This document shows positions 11,501 to 23,377 of a DNA stretch of 64,000 nucleotides, one piece after another. Made by a program: the position numbers and the translations under genes. The notes under the pieces were generated by a model. The model was given only the letters and a program-made list of their open reading frames with translations. It was not told the origin of the DNA and did no database searches. Source of the stretch: Chrysomallon squamiferum (Eukaryota; Animalia; Mollusca); contig CM022679.1 of assembly GCA_012295275.1 (NCBI GenBank), positions 17,732,001 to 17,796,000 on the forward strand. Direction: 5' to 3'. How positions within the stretch are numbered: the first letter of the stretch is position 1; each line of letters starts with the position of its first letter.

Positions 11501-12466
11501 TGTTTTACATAAAAAATATTTTAAAAACTTGTCTTAAAAAAGAAAAATTGAAGCTTCCACATAGAGTGAACATGAAATAATTAGCTAATACTAATTTGGA
11601 ATGGAAAACCCCAACAGGAGCCACTTAATGTTGACATAACAAATCAACCATATTATTCCACTGCAAAATTTCATTTTTCTTATATATAATCAGGTGAACA
11701 TGGAAAAAAAAGAGGAACGCTGGTGGGAGTCACTGTTTACTGATGAGCCGAAAATAAGTGTTAGGAAGATTGATGCCAGTCGACCAATAACAGATCTCGA
11801 TGATGAAGCACAGGCCAAGATTGAGGAAATGATGTATAATGAACACAGGAAGAGGCTGGGCTTGCCACAAACACATGAAGAGGTACTTTTTATTGTACAA
11901 CAAGTTTATTTACTTAAAAACCCAAGACTAACTTTTTCTGCCTGTGCCATTAAGAGAAATAACAGGAGACAAATATTATCTGATGTTGGTTTTTTTGGTT
12001 GGTTTTTTGTTTTCTTTTTAATTGTAATGTCATTTTTTTTACAGATCAGTTGTAAATTGGGAAGAAACTAATTAAAGGCGTATTTAACACTTTGTTAATC
12101 ATCACTTTAATGGCATCATTGTTATGGTTAAGGACCATGTAGATAATGAGTGTAAACCTGCAGTCATATTCATAAGGCTGTTCTCTTCTCTTTTTTCTAT
12201 TTAGCAGCAAGCAGTAATTTTCATTCTGTATTACATCATAATTTAATTAGTCTTTGGTTAACAATAAATGGGAGTATTTTTATTTCATTTAGTTTTGTTT
12301 TTTAAGTAAACATTCTTCCATATTTCAGAAAATGTATGAAACAATGAAGAAGGCCTGGAATGCTGAAGGTTCTCCTTTCAAAGGACAGCCATTTGATCCT
12401 TCTGCTTTTAGTGTTAATTCCAGTGGAATTGTAACTATCAATCAGCCCCAGAGGGAGGAAACATGA
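7932..12466 (+). CDS. NUDCD3: NudC domain-containing protein 3 (NudC N-terminal domain plus CS/p23 domain), complete, 8 exons, 386 aa
   Basis: Exons 7932-8029, 8338-8419, 8727-8805, 9097-9391, 9967-10069, 10840-11016, 11694-11882, 12329-12466 (1161 nt including TGA, phases consistent). Motifs YDSVLLSILQ, GFLYRKTDFY, MGFPPGVA, NPESYNGAIRDHYSWSQ, SIWSLVPG, ERWWESL, GLPQTHE and MKKAWNAEGSPFKGQPFDP match the NUDCD3 subfamily. Confidence 0.96.
8338..8419 (+). CDS. NUDCD3: NUDCD3 exon 2 (TDFYKLLRSRSDKMGFPPGVARKILLN)
   Basis: tttcag acceptor, AAT|gtaaat donor, phase 2-0. Confidence 0.94.
8727..8805 (+). CDS. NUDCD3: NUDCD3 exon 3 (EFDKFEKLAKENDPTYQDEPIKKTKA), GC donor
   Basis: ttctag acceptor; no GT before the in-frame TAG at 8808; the phase-1 junction requires CAG|gctagt. 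Confidence 0.88.
9097..9391 (+). CDS. NUDCD3: NUDCD3 exon 4 (charged low-complexity linker)
   Basis: taacag acceptor, AAG|gtatga donor; within ORF-track 9030..9422. Confidence 0.9.
9967..10069 (+). CDS. NUDCD3: NUDCD3 exon 5 (QQKIFQNNPESYNGAIRDHYSWSQHIEEVDAYVK)
   Basis: ttgtag acceptor, AAG|gtattt donor, phase 2-0. Confidence 0.94.
10840..11016 (+). CDS. NUDCD3: NUDCD3 exon 6 (CS domain core)
   Basis: tttcag acceptor, CAT|gtaatg donor; within ORF-track 10813..11037. Confidence 0.93.
11694..11882 (+). CDS. NUDCD3: NUDCD3 exon 7 (VNMEKKEERWWESL...GLPQTHEE)
   Basis: aatcag acceptor, GAG|gtactt donor, phase 0-0. Confidence 0.94.
12329..12466 (+). CDS. NUDCD3: NUDCD3 exon 8 (KMYETMKKAWNAEGSPFKGQPFDP...QREET*)
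   Basis: tttcag acceptor, TGA at 12464-12466. Confidence 0.94.
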   Translation, partial: KMYETMKKAWNAEGSPFKGQPFDPSAFSVNSSGIVTINQPQREET

Positions 12467-12490
12467 GAATAATTTTCTACAATATTCTGA

Positions 12491-12501
12491 AATAAAATAA
12501 A
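12491..12501 (+). terminator. Candidate proximal polyadenylation signal of NUDCD3
   Basis: Two overlapping AATAAA hexamers 25 nt after the stop; AT-rich background lowers specificity. Confidence 0.4.
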
Positions 12502-14153
12502 AAGTTTATATTAAAGCCTCAAGAATTTATCAAAAGCACTTTTGGTTTCAAACATAAAGTGTTAAAATGTTTCACTATTTACATGTTCTTTTTCTATTTA
12601 CTTGTAATTGCATTATTTTTTTTAATTATAATTGTAATTGTAATTATATATAATTTTTTAGTAAATGTCTGTTAAATGAAATAATTAATTAAAATATAAT
12701 CTGACCAGATAATAATCTGTTATAATGATATTTGATTTTGGAATATAAATTTAAAAAAACACGTATATTTAATGTTTTATTAAAATGTTACCATTTGATT
12801 AAAAATGTTGATCTGAAACTTAGAAGTTATATGTTAAAATTATTGGTCTTATTTGAAAATTCTCTTATCGTTTATTATTTAAAGAAAGTCTTTGCTGAAA
12901 ATGTTGGAATATCAGTTAAAAGTTCTTAAATCTGTATGTTGTTCTTTTTAAAAAATAATCCAGTTTTGTATAAAAATGTAATCAAAAATGATAAATTTAG
13001 AAATTATATGTTGAGTTCATTTATTTTATCAGAAAATATATTTGTCATAATTTGTTAATTTAAAAATATAAAAATAATAATAAAAAAAATGGAATTGAAA
13101 GGTTGTTATAGAATTTTTATGGATATATGTGTTTTTATGGACACATTGTTGGTAATCTGTTCACTTCTTAACCCTACATTCATTTTCTTTTTTCTTTTTT
13201 TTAAAATTACCTACTGTCTTTATGTATTTATAGTAAAGCAACTTGTTTTGTTTTGTATATATTATTAAATTTAAACATATACTAAATTTTGAAGTGCCAG
13301 CCAAAATATTAGAACACCTGAAAAAATTAAATAGTGCTAAATTCGATGCTTTTTGAAAGTAAAGTAGATGAGAATATTTTAAAATGTCATGTCCAGTTTA
13401 AACTTTGATAAAATGCCAATTTCAAAAATTAGTTTTTGATCAAGAACTATGAAAAATGCAGCTTCTGTCTAAAAGAAAACGGAAAACTAAAAAAAATAAA
13501 ATAAATAAGAACAGAAACATTTTGATCAAAGTGTTAATGTAAGGTTTCTGGAAAAATCTGTAATTGTTCACTGATAATCTGTCCAGTAAGTTCTGTTTTC
13601 ATAACAAAGTCCAATAGTTTGATAATACTTAGAAATGTTCACTGGTACTCACTCATCCTAGAAGAAAAACATGAACACATTTTTGTTTTTTGAAATTATT
13701 TCTTAGAAACATGACAAGTGATTTAATTGTAATCATGTCCTATTCTGTATCTGTATATACACACAATCCCAAATTTAAACTCACCTGATTTTGATGACAA
13801 ATTTTGCTGTGCATTAAATTATTTTTATTTGTCAGTACTGGTCAGAATATTTAATTAATATGAGTTGTAATAAAGAAAACTGATATTTGATCTTGAATTT
13901 AAATCACAGCACAGCTCTGTGGTAATGATAGACAACTTGTCAATGACTGAGAAAAATGAGAACATTGAAGTTATTCACCCACCCGAATTTTCTTAACAAG
14001 AACTGTTCTTTATTGTCAACAAAAATTAACACAATATAAATATAAAATATTCCATTTGGGATCTCATACAACATGTGATTTTAATCTCGAGGTTCATACA
14101 CATACAAATTAATACGTGTATATAGAGAAATACTAGGGTCACATATCTTGCTT

Positions 14154-14192
<39 letters not shown>

Positions 14193-14205
14193 TGTTTGTG
14201 TACAC

Positions 14206-14911
14206 TAGGGTTCGAAAACCAGTATTTAAATACTGGTAAATACTGGTTTTAGTAATTGATGGGTAATAACATTACTGAAGCACCAATACCGGTTTTTTAA
14301 ATTTTAACGAATTATGTTGAGAAATATGTTAGTTGTTAACATAAGATTATGTTAGATACTCGGGTGTTGCTAGTGTACCTTCAGATGTGAGTTCAAAGCT
14401 CATCTGTTTAATGTTCCACGTTTACTGTTTGATTGCTGACGTGTGCCATCCTAAGTCATTTTGGCAACTAGAGATAAGGGATTGGCTCCTGCTTCTCAGT
14501 TGTTGCCCAAGACATGAGAAGTTTTGTGGTTTTTAAAGTCACTTCTCAAGTGTCGATGAATGAATCAGAACTTCTCAAAAGTTGCAAAACAGTTTGATGT
14601 ACATTTTCCTTGTTTCCTTTTTATAAAATTTGTATCCACATTTCTTCTGGTTTTTTATTGCATGTACATTTCTTATATGCCTTTTGTACCATTTTAAGTC
14701 CTATAAAGATTCATTTCACATTTTTTTCAAAAGATAGGTAGGAAAAGGAGGATAATGAATAATGTCATCAGATGAGTGTCAAATAATAAATAAAATGAAC
14801 ATGTATAAGAGAAAACAGTGTCCACAAAAGCCCTGTAAGTACCTTTTCCTATGTACTAACTAAAACTGGTGAAAACCGGTATGAGAATATCTCGGTAATT
14901 TGCAAACCCTA
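14206..14911. mobile_element. Non-autonomous hAT-type DNA transposon (706 bp)
   Basis: Imperfect TIRs TAGGGTTCGAAAA / TTTGCAAACCCTA; 8-bp TSD gtgtacac (14198-14205) / gtgtacat (14912-14919); subterminal ACCGGT/ACTGGT repeats; no ORF. Confidence 0.8.
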
Positions 14912-14974
14912 GTGTACATGTGTATATATATAATAATTTCATTATTGACAACTATAATAAAATTATAATAGTAA

Positions 14975-15420
14975 GAGAAAGAGAGGTAAAGATAGATGAC
15001 AAACAGGTATACAGCTAGAGAGGTAGGAAGATGGATAGAAAGATGGATGAATGGATAAATGGGTCAATGGGCAGTTAATTATGTAGGTAATTAGATATGT
15101 GTGTATGTAAGCAGGGAGATGGATAGATGACTGGAATGTGGATATATAAAAATAGAATGAATAGATGGATAGGTGGATGGATGGATGGATAGATATTGGT
15201 AGATTAGTTATGTTGATAGTCTGGGTCATTGATATATGACTGCTTGATTGGAGTGAAGGATAGATGAATGGATGGACAGACAGATAGATAAATAGATAAG
15301 TAGGTAATTGATAAACAGGTACATTGGTAAATAGTTACACAGAAAAAATCAGTAGACTGGTAGTTTGATTAGATGTATAGATAAATAGACATAAATAAAA
15401 AGAAAGAAAGAAAGAAAACT
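14975..15420. repeat. Degenerate GATA/GGAT/AGAC tetranucleotide low-complexity tract
   Basis: Runs of gata, ggat and agac units. Confidence 0.7.
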
Positions 15421-15854
15421 CAGTCTGTATTGTATTTCAGATGATACACAGGACTCCTATAAAATGCAAAATTCCCTACTTTTTTATTATCCAAACATCC
15501 TTGCGACAGCCACCAGAATTTACTAACTTTCCACTCTAAAAATTTGATACCAATTATTTTTGTTTGTTGTTTGATTTAATTTTAAATCTTTTTTTTTTAA
15601 TCTTATATGTGAAAACAGATTTGTATCAATGTATTGTGACATGATCCAATTTAATCTTTTTTAAATATTTTTTTCCCCACAAATTACTTTTAAGAAAAAA
15701 AATAAAAGATCCAAAAGACTAAGGCTTGGAAGTAGGTAGATCTTATAATGTATCAAATATGAGGGATATTTTGAGCATATACACATTAAATAAAGGATTT
15801 GGATCAAATGAAGACACATATATAATAAATTACAAATATATGATAAAAATATCA

Positions 15855-15932
15855 AACTTGTACCAAATAATAAAATGACAACCTGTACCAAATAATAAAA
15901 TGACAACTTGTACCAAATAATAAAATGACAAC
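15855..15932. repeat. 25-bp tandem repeat, 3 copies
   Basis: aacYtgtaccaaataataaaatgac x3. Confidence 0.9.
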
Positions 15933-16299
15933 AAGATTTCTACAATATGTTAATAAATATGGAAGTTATGGTTAATTGAAGTATGCTATAAATCACCTAT
16001 TTTTCTGTTTTAACTATTCTTAGTTAAAGTCAACCAAGAGAATATTAACCAGTAAACTGACAATGCATATAATCTGCACATGGTATTTGAGTCTTAAAAT
16101 GTGGGATTTATAAGAAGTGATGAAAATAAATGGGTGAGCTGGGATGAAAAGCTATTTTGACTGAATTTCATTTGATATGAGTTATGGCATGACAGTCCTT
16201 TGGAATGACATACATGGATATTTGGCAGATTTGAAACATTCCAAAAGGAGGATGAAGAAGGGCATTTCCTTCACATCATATCAAAAAATCTCAAATTAT

Positions 16300-17640
16300 G
16301 CATATATGTGTTTGTATGAATGTATGTATGTATGTGTGTTTGTATGTATGTATGTATTTATGTACATATATAATCATAACTTACATACATATAGCCATAT
16401 ATATAATTTTTTGTATTGTATATATATATATATATATATATATCTGTTGTTGTTGCATATTTGTGTTTTGTTGTGTGGATGTGTGTAATGTTTGTCTTGA
16501 ACATATTTGTTCTTTTTGCACGTTTGTGTTTTGTGTCTGTTGTGATGTATGTAATGTTCATGTATGTTTGTCTTTTGTATCAGCGCACATAGCACTATGG
16601 TGTGTTGTAGTGTGTATACTGGCTAAGTGTTTGTTTTGTGCTTGTTTTGTGTTTTCTGTGATGTGGTGTTTTGCTGGTGATGTCTTGGTTTGGTTTTGCC
16701 TTGTTGTGTATAGTTGTGTAGTGTTTGTTTTGTATATGTATGTCGTTGCAAGTGTGGGTTTTGCAACCAGTATGTTGTGCATGTTTCTGTATTGCGTCCG
16801 ATTTGGTGTTTTTGACTTTAATTGGTGTCATGCGTGGTGTATATGTCTTTGATTTTGTGTCTGATGTTTTGTGTGTTTTGTATCAGGTGTAGTATTTGTG
16901 TGTGTGTATAGTATTCAGTGAAATGAAATTTATGTAACACAAACTGTAGCTCCTATCATCCTTTTGGTCTAGGCACTAGCCTAGAAAGCCTATAAGGGAA
17001 ATTTGGCCCTGGGTATGTTTTGTGTCAAGTGTATTATGATATCGCAGTAAGTGTTCTGATGTTTGATGTCTGTATTTTGTGATGTTTTATGTGTTTTTTC
17101 TCTTCTGTGCCATATTCTCTGTCTTCTGAGTAGTGTGTTTACTTTGTTGTATGTTATTTAATACGCCTTTTTCGGAATTATTTTTTCTAAGTAATTGTCT
17201 ATGTTATTGTTGTTTGTGTGTATGTGTTTTGTCTCAGGTGTAGTGTGTTGTCTTTGTTTTATGAAGTATTGTGCCTCTGTATATTTTGATTTATCAGGAA
17301 TCTGTGCTAAAAATGTTCTTTTTTATGCTTTTCATAGATTTTGTCTGTTTTATGTGCACAGGAATAGAGATTGTGGTGTCTAATGTTTATGAATTTGTGT
17401 TGTATGTTTGGTGCGTAATGTGTGTGTCATTGTGTGTTTTCTGTTTTGCATTACTTGTTACATGTCATTTTCTACTAGGTGCATTGTGTGATTTGTGTCG
17501 TGGTTTGCTATATGTTATGTCCCATCTGTTGTATTGTTTGCTTTTCATTTAATGTTATGTGGTTTGCAGTGTCTGCGCTGAATTTGCTATCAATTTGGTC
17601 TGTTTTTCATGTATTTGTAATGTATTTTTGGTTTTGTCTA
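16300..17640. repeat. Long degenerate TG-rich simple sequence
   Basis: Strongly G+T-skewed decayed (TG)n/(TTG)n; explains the Cys/Val-rich and His/Thr-rich spurious ORFs. Confidence 0.8.
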
Positions 17641-19915
17641 TAAACCTAGTCCTGTTGACTTAATGTTCAAATCCAATCTTTTTGTCATCCCATGCAATCT
17701 ACAGCAGGCACCATTTCTTCCTTAAAATTTATGCATTGATGATCCTGTGAAAAATTAAAATAATAAGTGAAAGTATATAATTCAACCATGTTTAATTTCA
17801 ATTTATAAAATAAATTTTTGTTGTTGTTTAGTTGTTTTTAATATTATGATTTTTACAAGCCATCCTTGTAATATTTTTGTCACATGTGAAAACTACATAG
17901 CTTTCATTTCCAGGTGATGTTGTTCTTCACCTGATAAATAAAGAACATAGGATTATGAATGAAAGTAAATATCACAGATTAACTTGTATTATTAGTTTGT
18001 TTTGTTTTTCTTTTTTATATATGTTTGAGATTTTAATACTTCACTGACAAATAGTTATTATTTATTTCACAAACTTTCATAATTTTTAATTTTCAGTTTC
18101 TTTAGACTGTATAAAAAATTTAATGTCCTACAGTTTGAGTTGAATTACAAAATACAATTTTATTCCAAATATTTACATGCTGATAATCCTGTGAAAGATT
18201 TAAATCAAAAGTGTAAATAATAATTTAAGTATGAATAAATTTAGTACTTTACTTGATGTAATTGTTTAGTAATGTTATTGTTGTTATTATTATTATTACT
18301 ACTACTACTACTACACTACTTACTATTTCATTGCTTTTATGTTCTCTTTTAAAGAAAATTCAACTCCAGAAAGAAGGAAATTCCACAAAACAGACAATAA
18401 AAAATTAACTTTATGAAAACAAAGAATAGCTAGAACACCAGACCTGTTACTAACTTCTACTGAAGTAATACTAGCATTTATCTCAGTGGGCAAGTCTGTT
18501 AAAGATGTTAAAACAGCTAGCCTTAAACACATATGTCATATTTTCAAACAAAACATTTATGAATAAAGGTTTTCTAAGCATTACAACAGTGTAACATCAG
18601 TAATAAGTCTGATTCACTAGTGTATCAATAAAATCACGGGCAGTGTAACATTACTGATATCTTTCCCATTTACATTATTTTTAAAACATTTCTTTTCCTT
18701 TCTAGGAATTAGAATTAGTTATTTTTGAGATTATGATGGAATATTTTAACATGTATTTAATATGTAACTGTAATAACTAAACTGTTTAATAAATGTTTCA
18801 TTAGTTTAGTGCAATATAGATAAATATAACAGTAGTTTTAAAGCAATGCTAACTGATTTATTTGTGCTGCAAATTCAGCCCAGTCTAGTTTCAATATTTC
18901 AATCATTTGCTTCAAAGCTGCTTCAGTTAAATCTTAATGACTACGATTAATTCTTCTCTTTCTTTTCAATGTTTTAGTTATTTTTAATTAATATTATTAT
19001 AAAAAAAATTATTTTATCTCTTATCAATTTTATTTTTCTAATTTTAGTTGCTATCAAACTAGAACAATCTGACATTATAATAAATTTAAAACTGTCATTA
19101 GAAGTTCAAAACATGAATGTCAATATAATCTTTCCAGTGAAATTTCCTCTCCTTTCCAGCTGAAGATATTCACAATTCACCTCTTTAGGATCAACAACAA
19201 ATGATGAATGTTGCATTGAATAAAAATTAATACTGAGTCAGCCTGAAGAAATATTCAAAAGTATGAGAACAGAGAGTTAATTACAGCAGTTCATTTGTAT
19301 GAATATAACTACCAGCTATGATACTAGTTTTGTATTTTTACATATTTTAAATGATCTCTACTATATATTTGCATACGTATATTATTAAGCATTATTTTCA
19401 TTATTGTTGTTAACTTATCTTAAATGACCCAGTTTTGCTTATATACTTTTCTTATATCGAGTTATTTGCTTTTTCTTCTTTCTTGTAATTACGTCTGCCG
19501 ATTTTTTTTGTTGTAAAATTCGGTGATAGGACGAAAACCGGTTTTATCAACGTGATTAGGCCGTATATTGCTTATTTATAAAAGAATCTTCATTATAGAA
19601 TTCATGATTAAATCAAAATAACTTATATTTCCTCAATGAAATGTATTGATGGAAATAAGGTTCATATCTTGGTTTATTATGAGTACAAATTAAAACATTC
19701 CTATCTAGTGGAAAATTATTTACTTTGTCGTCAAATACTGAAAACCTACAACAAATAGCGAACATAGTCTGCGCTTTACACATTAATAACATATACTTTG
19801 TAAAATATATCCAAAAAACTTTTCAGTCCTATTCAAAAGATGATTATCAAAATATTCTTAAACGAATTTAGTCCTTGAGCCCCGCTCCAGGAGGAAATTA
19901 CACTCAACAAAACTG

Positions 19916-20967
19916 TAGTTCGGTGCTCAAGAAAACTGCAATTTGTTAACAGAAAAAAGTTGTATCCCCTAATAATTAACATTTCAAATTTTCTAATTTT
20001 CCCTTCTGAATGTATTCCATCATCTAAATCTTTTCACTCTGATTAATTTGTTTTAAAACTGTTTCTGAAGCACGAGTAGAAGGGGAGTTTCAAAGAGTTA
20101 ACTTTTTTAGCATGTGAATGGTCTAGCGCAAATGAATGATTTTACAAATTTCGGCTTCACATCTTTTGCAGAGATATGATAAATTACACAGCATAGTTGC
20201 AACATATTGTGAAATAAGCTTTGTCAGAGACAATCTCGATTCAGAATGAGCCCTTAAAAATTAGAGATTTTATCCAAAAAAAAATTATATTACAAAATTC
20301 ATAACTTTGGAACTATTTAACCGACTGTTTTGAATGTTTTATAATTGGAATAAAAAAAAAAAAAAAAAAAAAAACACAAAAAAACCAACAAAAATACAGT
20401 TATAGTTAACTTTTATATAAACCTTTTATTTATAAACAGAAAAACACTACTGAGAAAAAACAAGCATCACAATATGCTCATTTCAAACGTCCTTTCAGAC
20501 TGACTCTACGCTGAAACCTGGTTAACACAACAGATGTTAGGATAAAAATTTATTTTATTCAGGTTACTTGATTCAGTGGTAGTCTGTATCCTGTCAGTCC
20601 CAGGACTTTTACCAGGCCGCTATTACTGATATTATCAATAATGGCGGTCCTTATTTGCATATTTTGCAGAAAATATTGGTGTGATCAATACTGTAATGGT
20701 TTAATCTGATTCTTTACCCCTCAAAGCATGGGGATAGACACCAAAATTATTCTGATACCATGCATAGTTACTGAGATACTAACGAAAACAAGATTTTCAG
20801 TAATGGCGGCCTTAATTTGCATATTGTGCGGATTGCCCAACGATGACAGAGTGGCATCATTCAGATTCTTAAAGAGCACATCTCGGAGGTATAGAAACAG
20901 CAAAAAAATCTTTGTACGGACTGTATTGCAAGGTTCTCCAAAAATCTGGGGTTTGGCAACCGAACTA
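19916..20967. mobile_element. Non-autonomous TIR DNA transposon (~1050 bp), TAG-ended, possibly Academ-like
   Basis: TAGTTCGGT at 19916 and its exact reverse complement ACCGAACTA ending at 20967; internal duplicated aatggcgg...tttgcatatt motif (20640, 20802); no TSD seen, so the family assignment is tentative. Confidence 0.55.
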
Positions 20968-21078
20968 TCACCAAATAACAAATTCTTTAAAAATAAATCT
21001 GCAGGTTCTACATAATAAAATTAAACAAACAATTTTATATCGATCTTCTAAACTTTCGCCTTAATTAAATACATGTTT

Positions 21079-21080
<2 letters not shown>

Positions 21081-21126
<46 letters not shown>

Positions 21127-21195
21127 TATTATTATTATTATTACTGTTATTGTTATTGTTATTATTATTATTATTGTTATTGTTATTGTTATTAT
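21081..21195. repeat. (TAA)n-(TTA)n/(TTG) compound microsatellite
   Basis: Direct reading. Confidence 0.95.
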
Positions 21196-22176
21196 TCACT
21201 AATTTAACATGCTTTACAGCTTATCGATAACGGGACGCAAACTTATACATAAGCTGAGTCAACATTTGATATCTTTTAATTCAGTCTTCATCTAATATTT
21301 CTTAAACGTATTTATTTTCTTTTTTGTTTTCCTCTTACCATTATATGATTAATTGCTGACACGGAAATAAAACTGTAAAAACAGCAGTAGAAGAATGAGA
21401 ATAATCTGATTGGCTGTTTTCCCGGAACCTTATTCCAGGTTACGGTGATCCTAGAAAACGAACTGGATTTGCTGAACAGATGTACTCGTCTTTTTATTAC
21501 GACCGTGCACTATTTTATCTGTATTTTTTATGTGAACAATGACTTTAATAAATGTAATACCTTATTATTAAAAATTGGCTTACCCAGTATCTTAATATCT
21601 TTGCAGAAGAAATTATTAATTTTTTTCTTGATTAATATCTTTTAAATATACAAATAAAACTATATACTTTCACAAACGCGCATTAAAAGTTAGAAACATG
21701 GATAGTCAGAGAAAGTGACCATTTTCTAATACTAACAGTTTCATGTTTATGTATAGATTTGTAACCCTTAAATTTCCCATTCCATTTGATATTTATTCAT
21801 AAATAAACAGTATTGCTCTATAAAACTCGTCTTCACGTTAGGTGCCCACTCAGAGGTTTTATGATTTATATACGGACATAGCACCATGTACACAAATAAC
21901 TCGCTTAGTCAGTGGCGAATAAAACGACACTGATTGTTAAGATTTAATTTTGGAGCACCCAGCTGTGCTGACTTCTAGTTGACGTTTGCAGTCTATTCCA
22001 AAATGTGTGTATATTTTGGATTTTATACCTCACTGTCGATAAAATAAAATACCTTTATAGCTTTTTTATCAAGGACATACAAGCAGAAAGTGTTTGCAGT
22101 AAATTTGAATTTATTTGTCTATAATAACTGATGTTGATAATATCACTGCACCATTTGGACTGCTTCGGTGAGTTCA

Positions 22177-22183
22177 CACACAA

Positions 22184-22268
<85 letters not shown>
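22177..22268. repeat. (CA)n(GA)n microsatellite
   Basis: Direct reading. Confidence 0.97.
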
Positions 22269-22271
<3 letters not shown>

Positions 22272-23198
22272 ATAAATGTAATCAACGATAAGGATTACAA
22301 AGACGGTGTTATGTACTTTCTTGTCTGTGGAAAGGTACATATCAATTATTAGAAATGTTGTAGATACATGACTATAATATGATTATGTACATTACTGTAA
22401 TATATTTAGATACCGTTATATACGAAACTGTTATATACGATACTGTAATATTGTTAAATACATAACTTTGTGACGAGGAGAAGTCAAAGACTATGATTAC
22501 AGCATGATATCACCTATTTATTTTTGCAGGTGATAGAAAATAAAACATACTAGTTGATTTGTTCAATCAAACGAATTTTATGAGCCCGTTAATTTGATTT
22601 TTTCGAGGAAGTTATTTTAATGTAGGAACTAACATTGCTTGTTATTAAAATTGACATTCTTTGTACAGAGAAAAGAAAAATATTGGTCAAATGGACGAAC
22701 AACTTCAGTAGAAAGTTAATAATTATAATAATTACAACAAAAAATTACTTGTATTATTTTAACATATTAGCGCTTTAAAAATGAATGTTAAATTAGAAAC
22801 AAAACAAAGACAGCAAATTTAAAAAGAAACACCTCATTTATAATGAAAAAATATTTATTACAGTTAATTAAGGAAATGTTTTATTATATAAATAAGCTTC
22901 TCGTATCTGGACAGCTTGTTTGGTTTTAACGCGAGTGTAGAAGGAACTGTTTGAAATCATGTACTTCCTTCATTGGAGATTTACGTCGACAGAAAACATT
23001 TACAATAAACACTGATATAACCAGGGTTACAAACTGTGACTCGTTCTTCATTATGTTCTTAATAAAGATACGCTATCCTGCATTATATTTATATCAGAGG
23101 AATCGTTTTTATTTCCAGTTCTTACCGTTTATACAGATATTTTCTTAAATACTTAAAGACGAGAGTCTTCAGTGAATATTCCAACAACTGGTAAATAG

Positions 23199-23377
23199 CA
23201 TGGGCGTACGACCCAGGCTGGCGAGCGCTAAGAAACTGCTCTCCCACATATGGGCAAAACAACTTGGAAAATTTGGACAGAGCAAAAACATCTGGAATTT
23301 CTGTTTTTATCTGAATAAAATTATTGGCAAATCAATTCCTTTGCCCTGCATAACAAAAGTGTTTCCGTACGGCCACA
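23199..23377. mobile_element. Small decayed MITE (~180 bp), hAT-like
   Basis: Imperfect TIRs ATGGGCGTACG / CGTACGGCCAC and internal gGCAAA repeats; TSD not evident. Confidence 0.4.

Larger units (their letters stand above)
13500..19560 (-). ncRNA. Putative spliced non-coding transcript converging on NUDCD3 (boundaries approximate)
   Basis: Minus-strand exon-like segments with AG/GT boundaries at ~19560-19493, 19242-19181, 18188-18177, 17930-17857, 17744-17646, 13806-13785 and from 13657; no coherent ORF seen; span matches a CpG-depleted domain ending at a CpG cluster near 19.5 kb. Confidence 0.3.

Noticed and set aside
13290-13330. Tc1-like terminus (gtgccagccaaaatattagaacacc)
   Set aside because: No matching second end or TA duplication found
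16945-17012. Fragment resembling one end of a CAGGGCC-type MITE
   Set aside because: Only one end is present and it is too short to call
16177-17552. Cluster of ORFs up to 184 aa rich in C/V or H/T
   Set aside because: Translation of TG-rich simple sequence
18323-18700. Possible LINE or transposase remnant on the minus strand
   Set aside because: Only a vague LPTEI-like similarity; no diagnostic motif
19200-19247. Box C (ATGATGA) and box D (CTGA) on the plus strand
   Set aside because: Spacing under 50 nt is too short for a C/D snoRNA, and there is no plus-strand host
20721-21015. Overlapping 86-aa and 95-aa ORFs
   Set aside because: Largely inside the non-autonomous transposon; no recognisable domain
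21400-21460. ATTGG plus CCGGAA promoter-like motifs
   Set aside because: No associated Inr or strong donor; too little support to call
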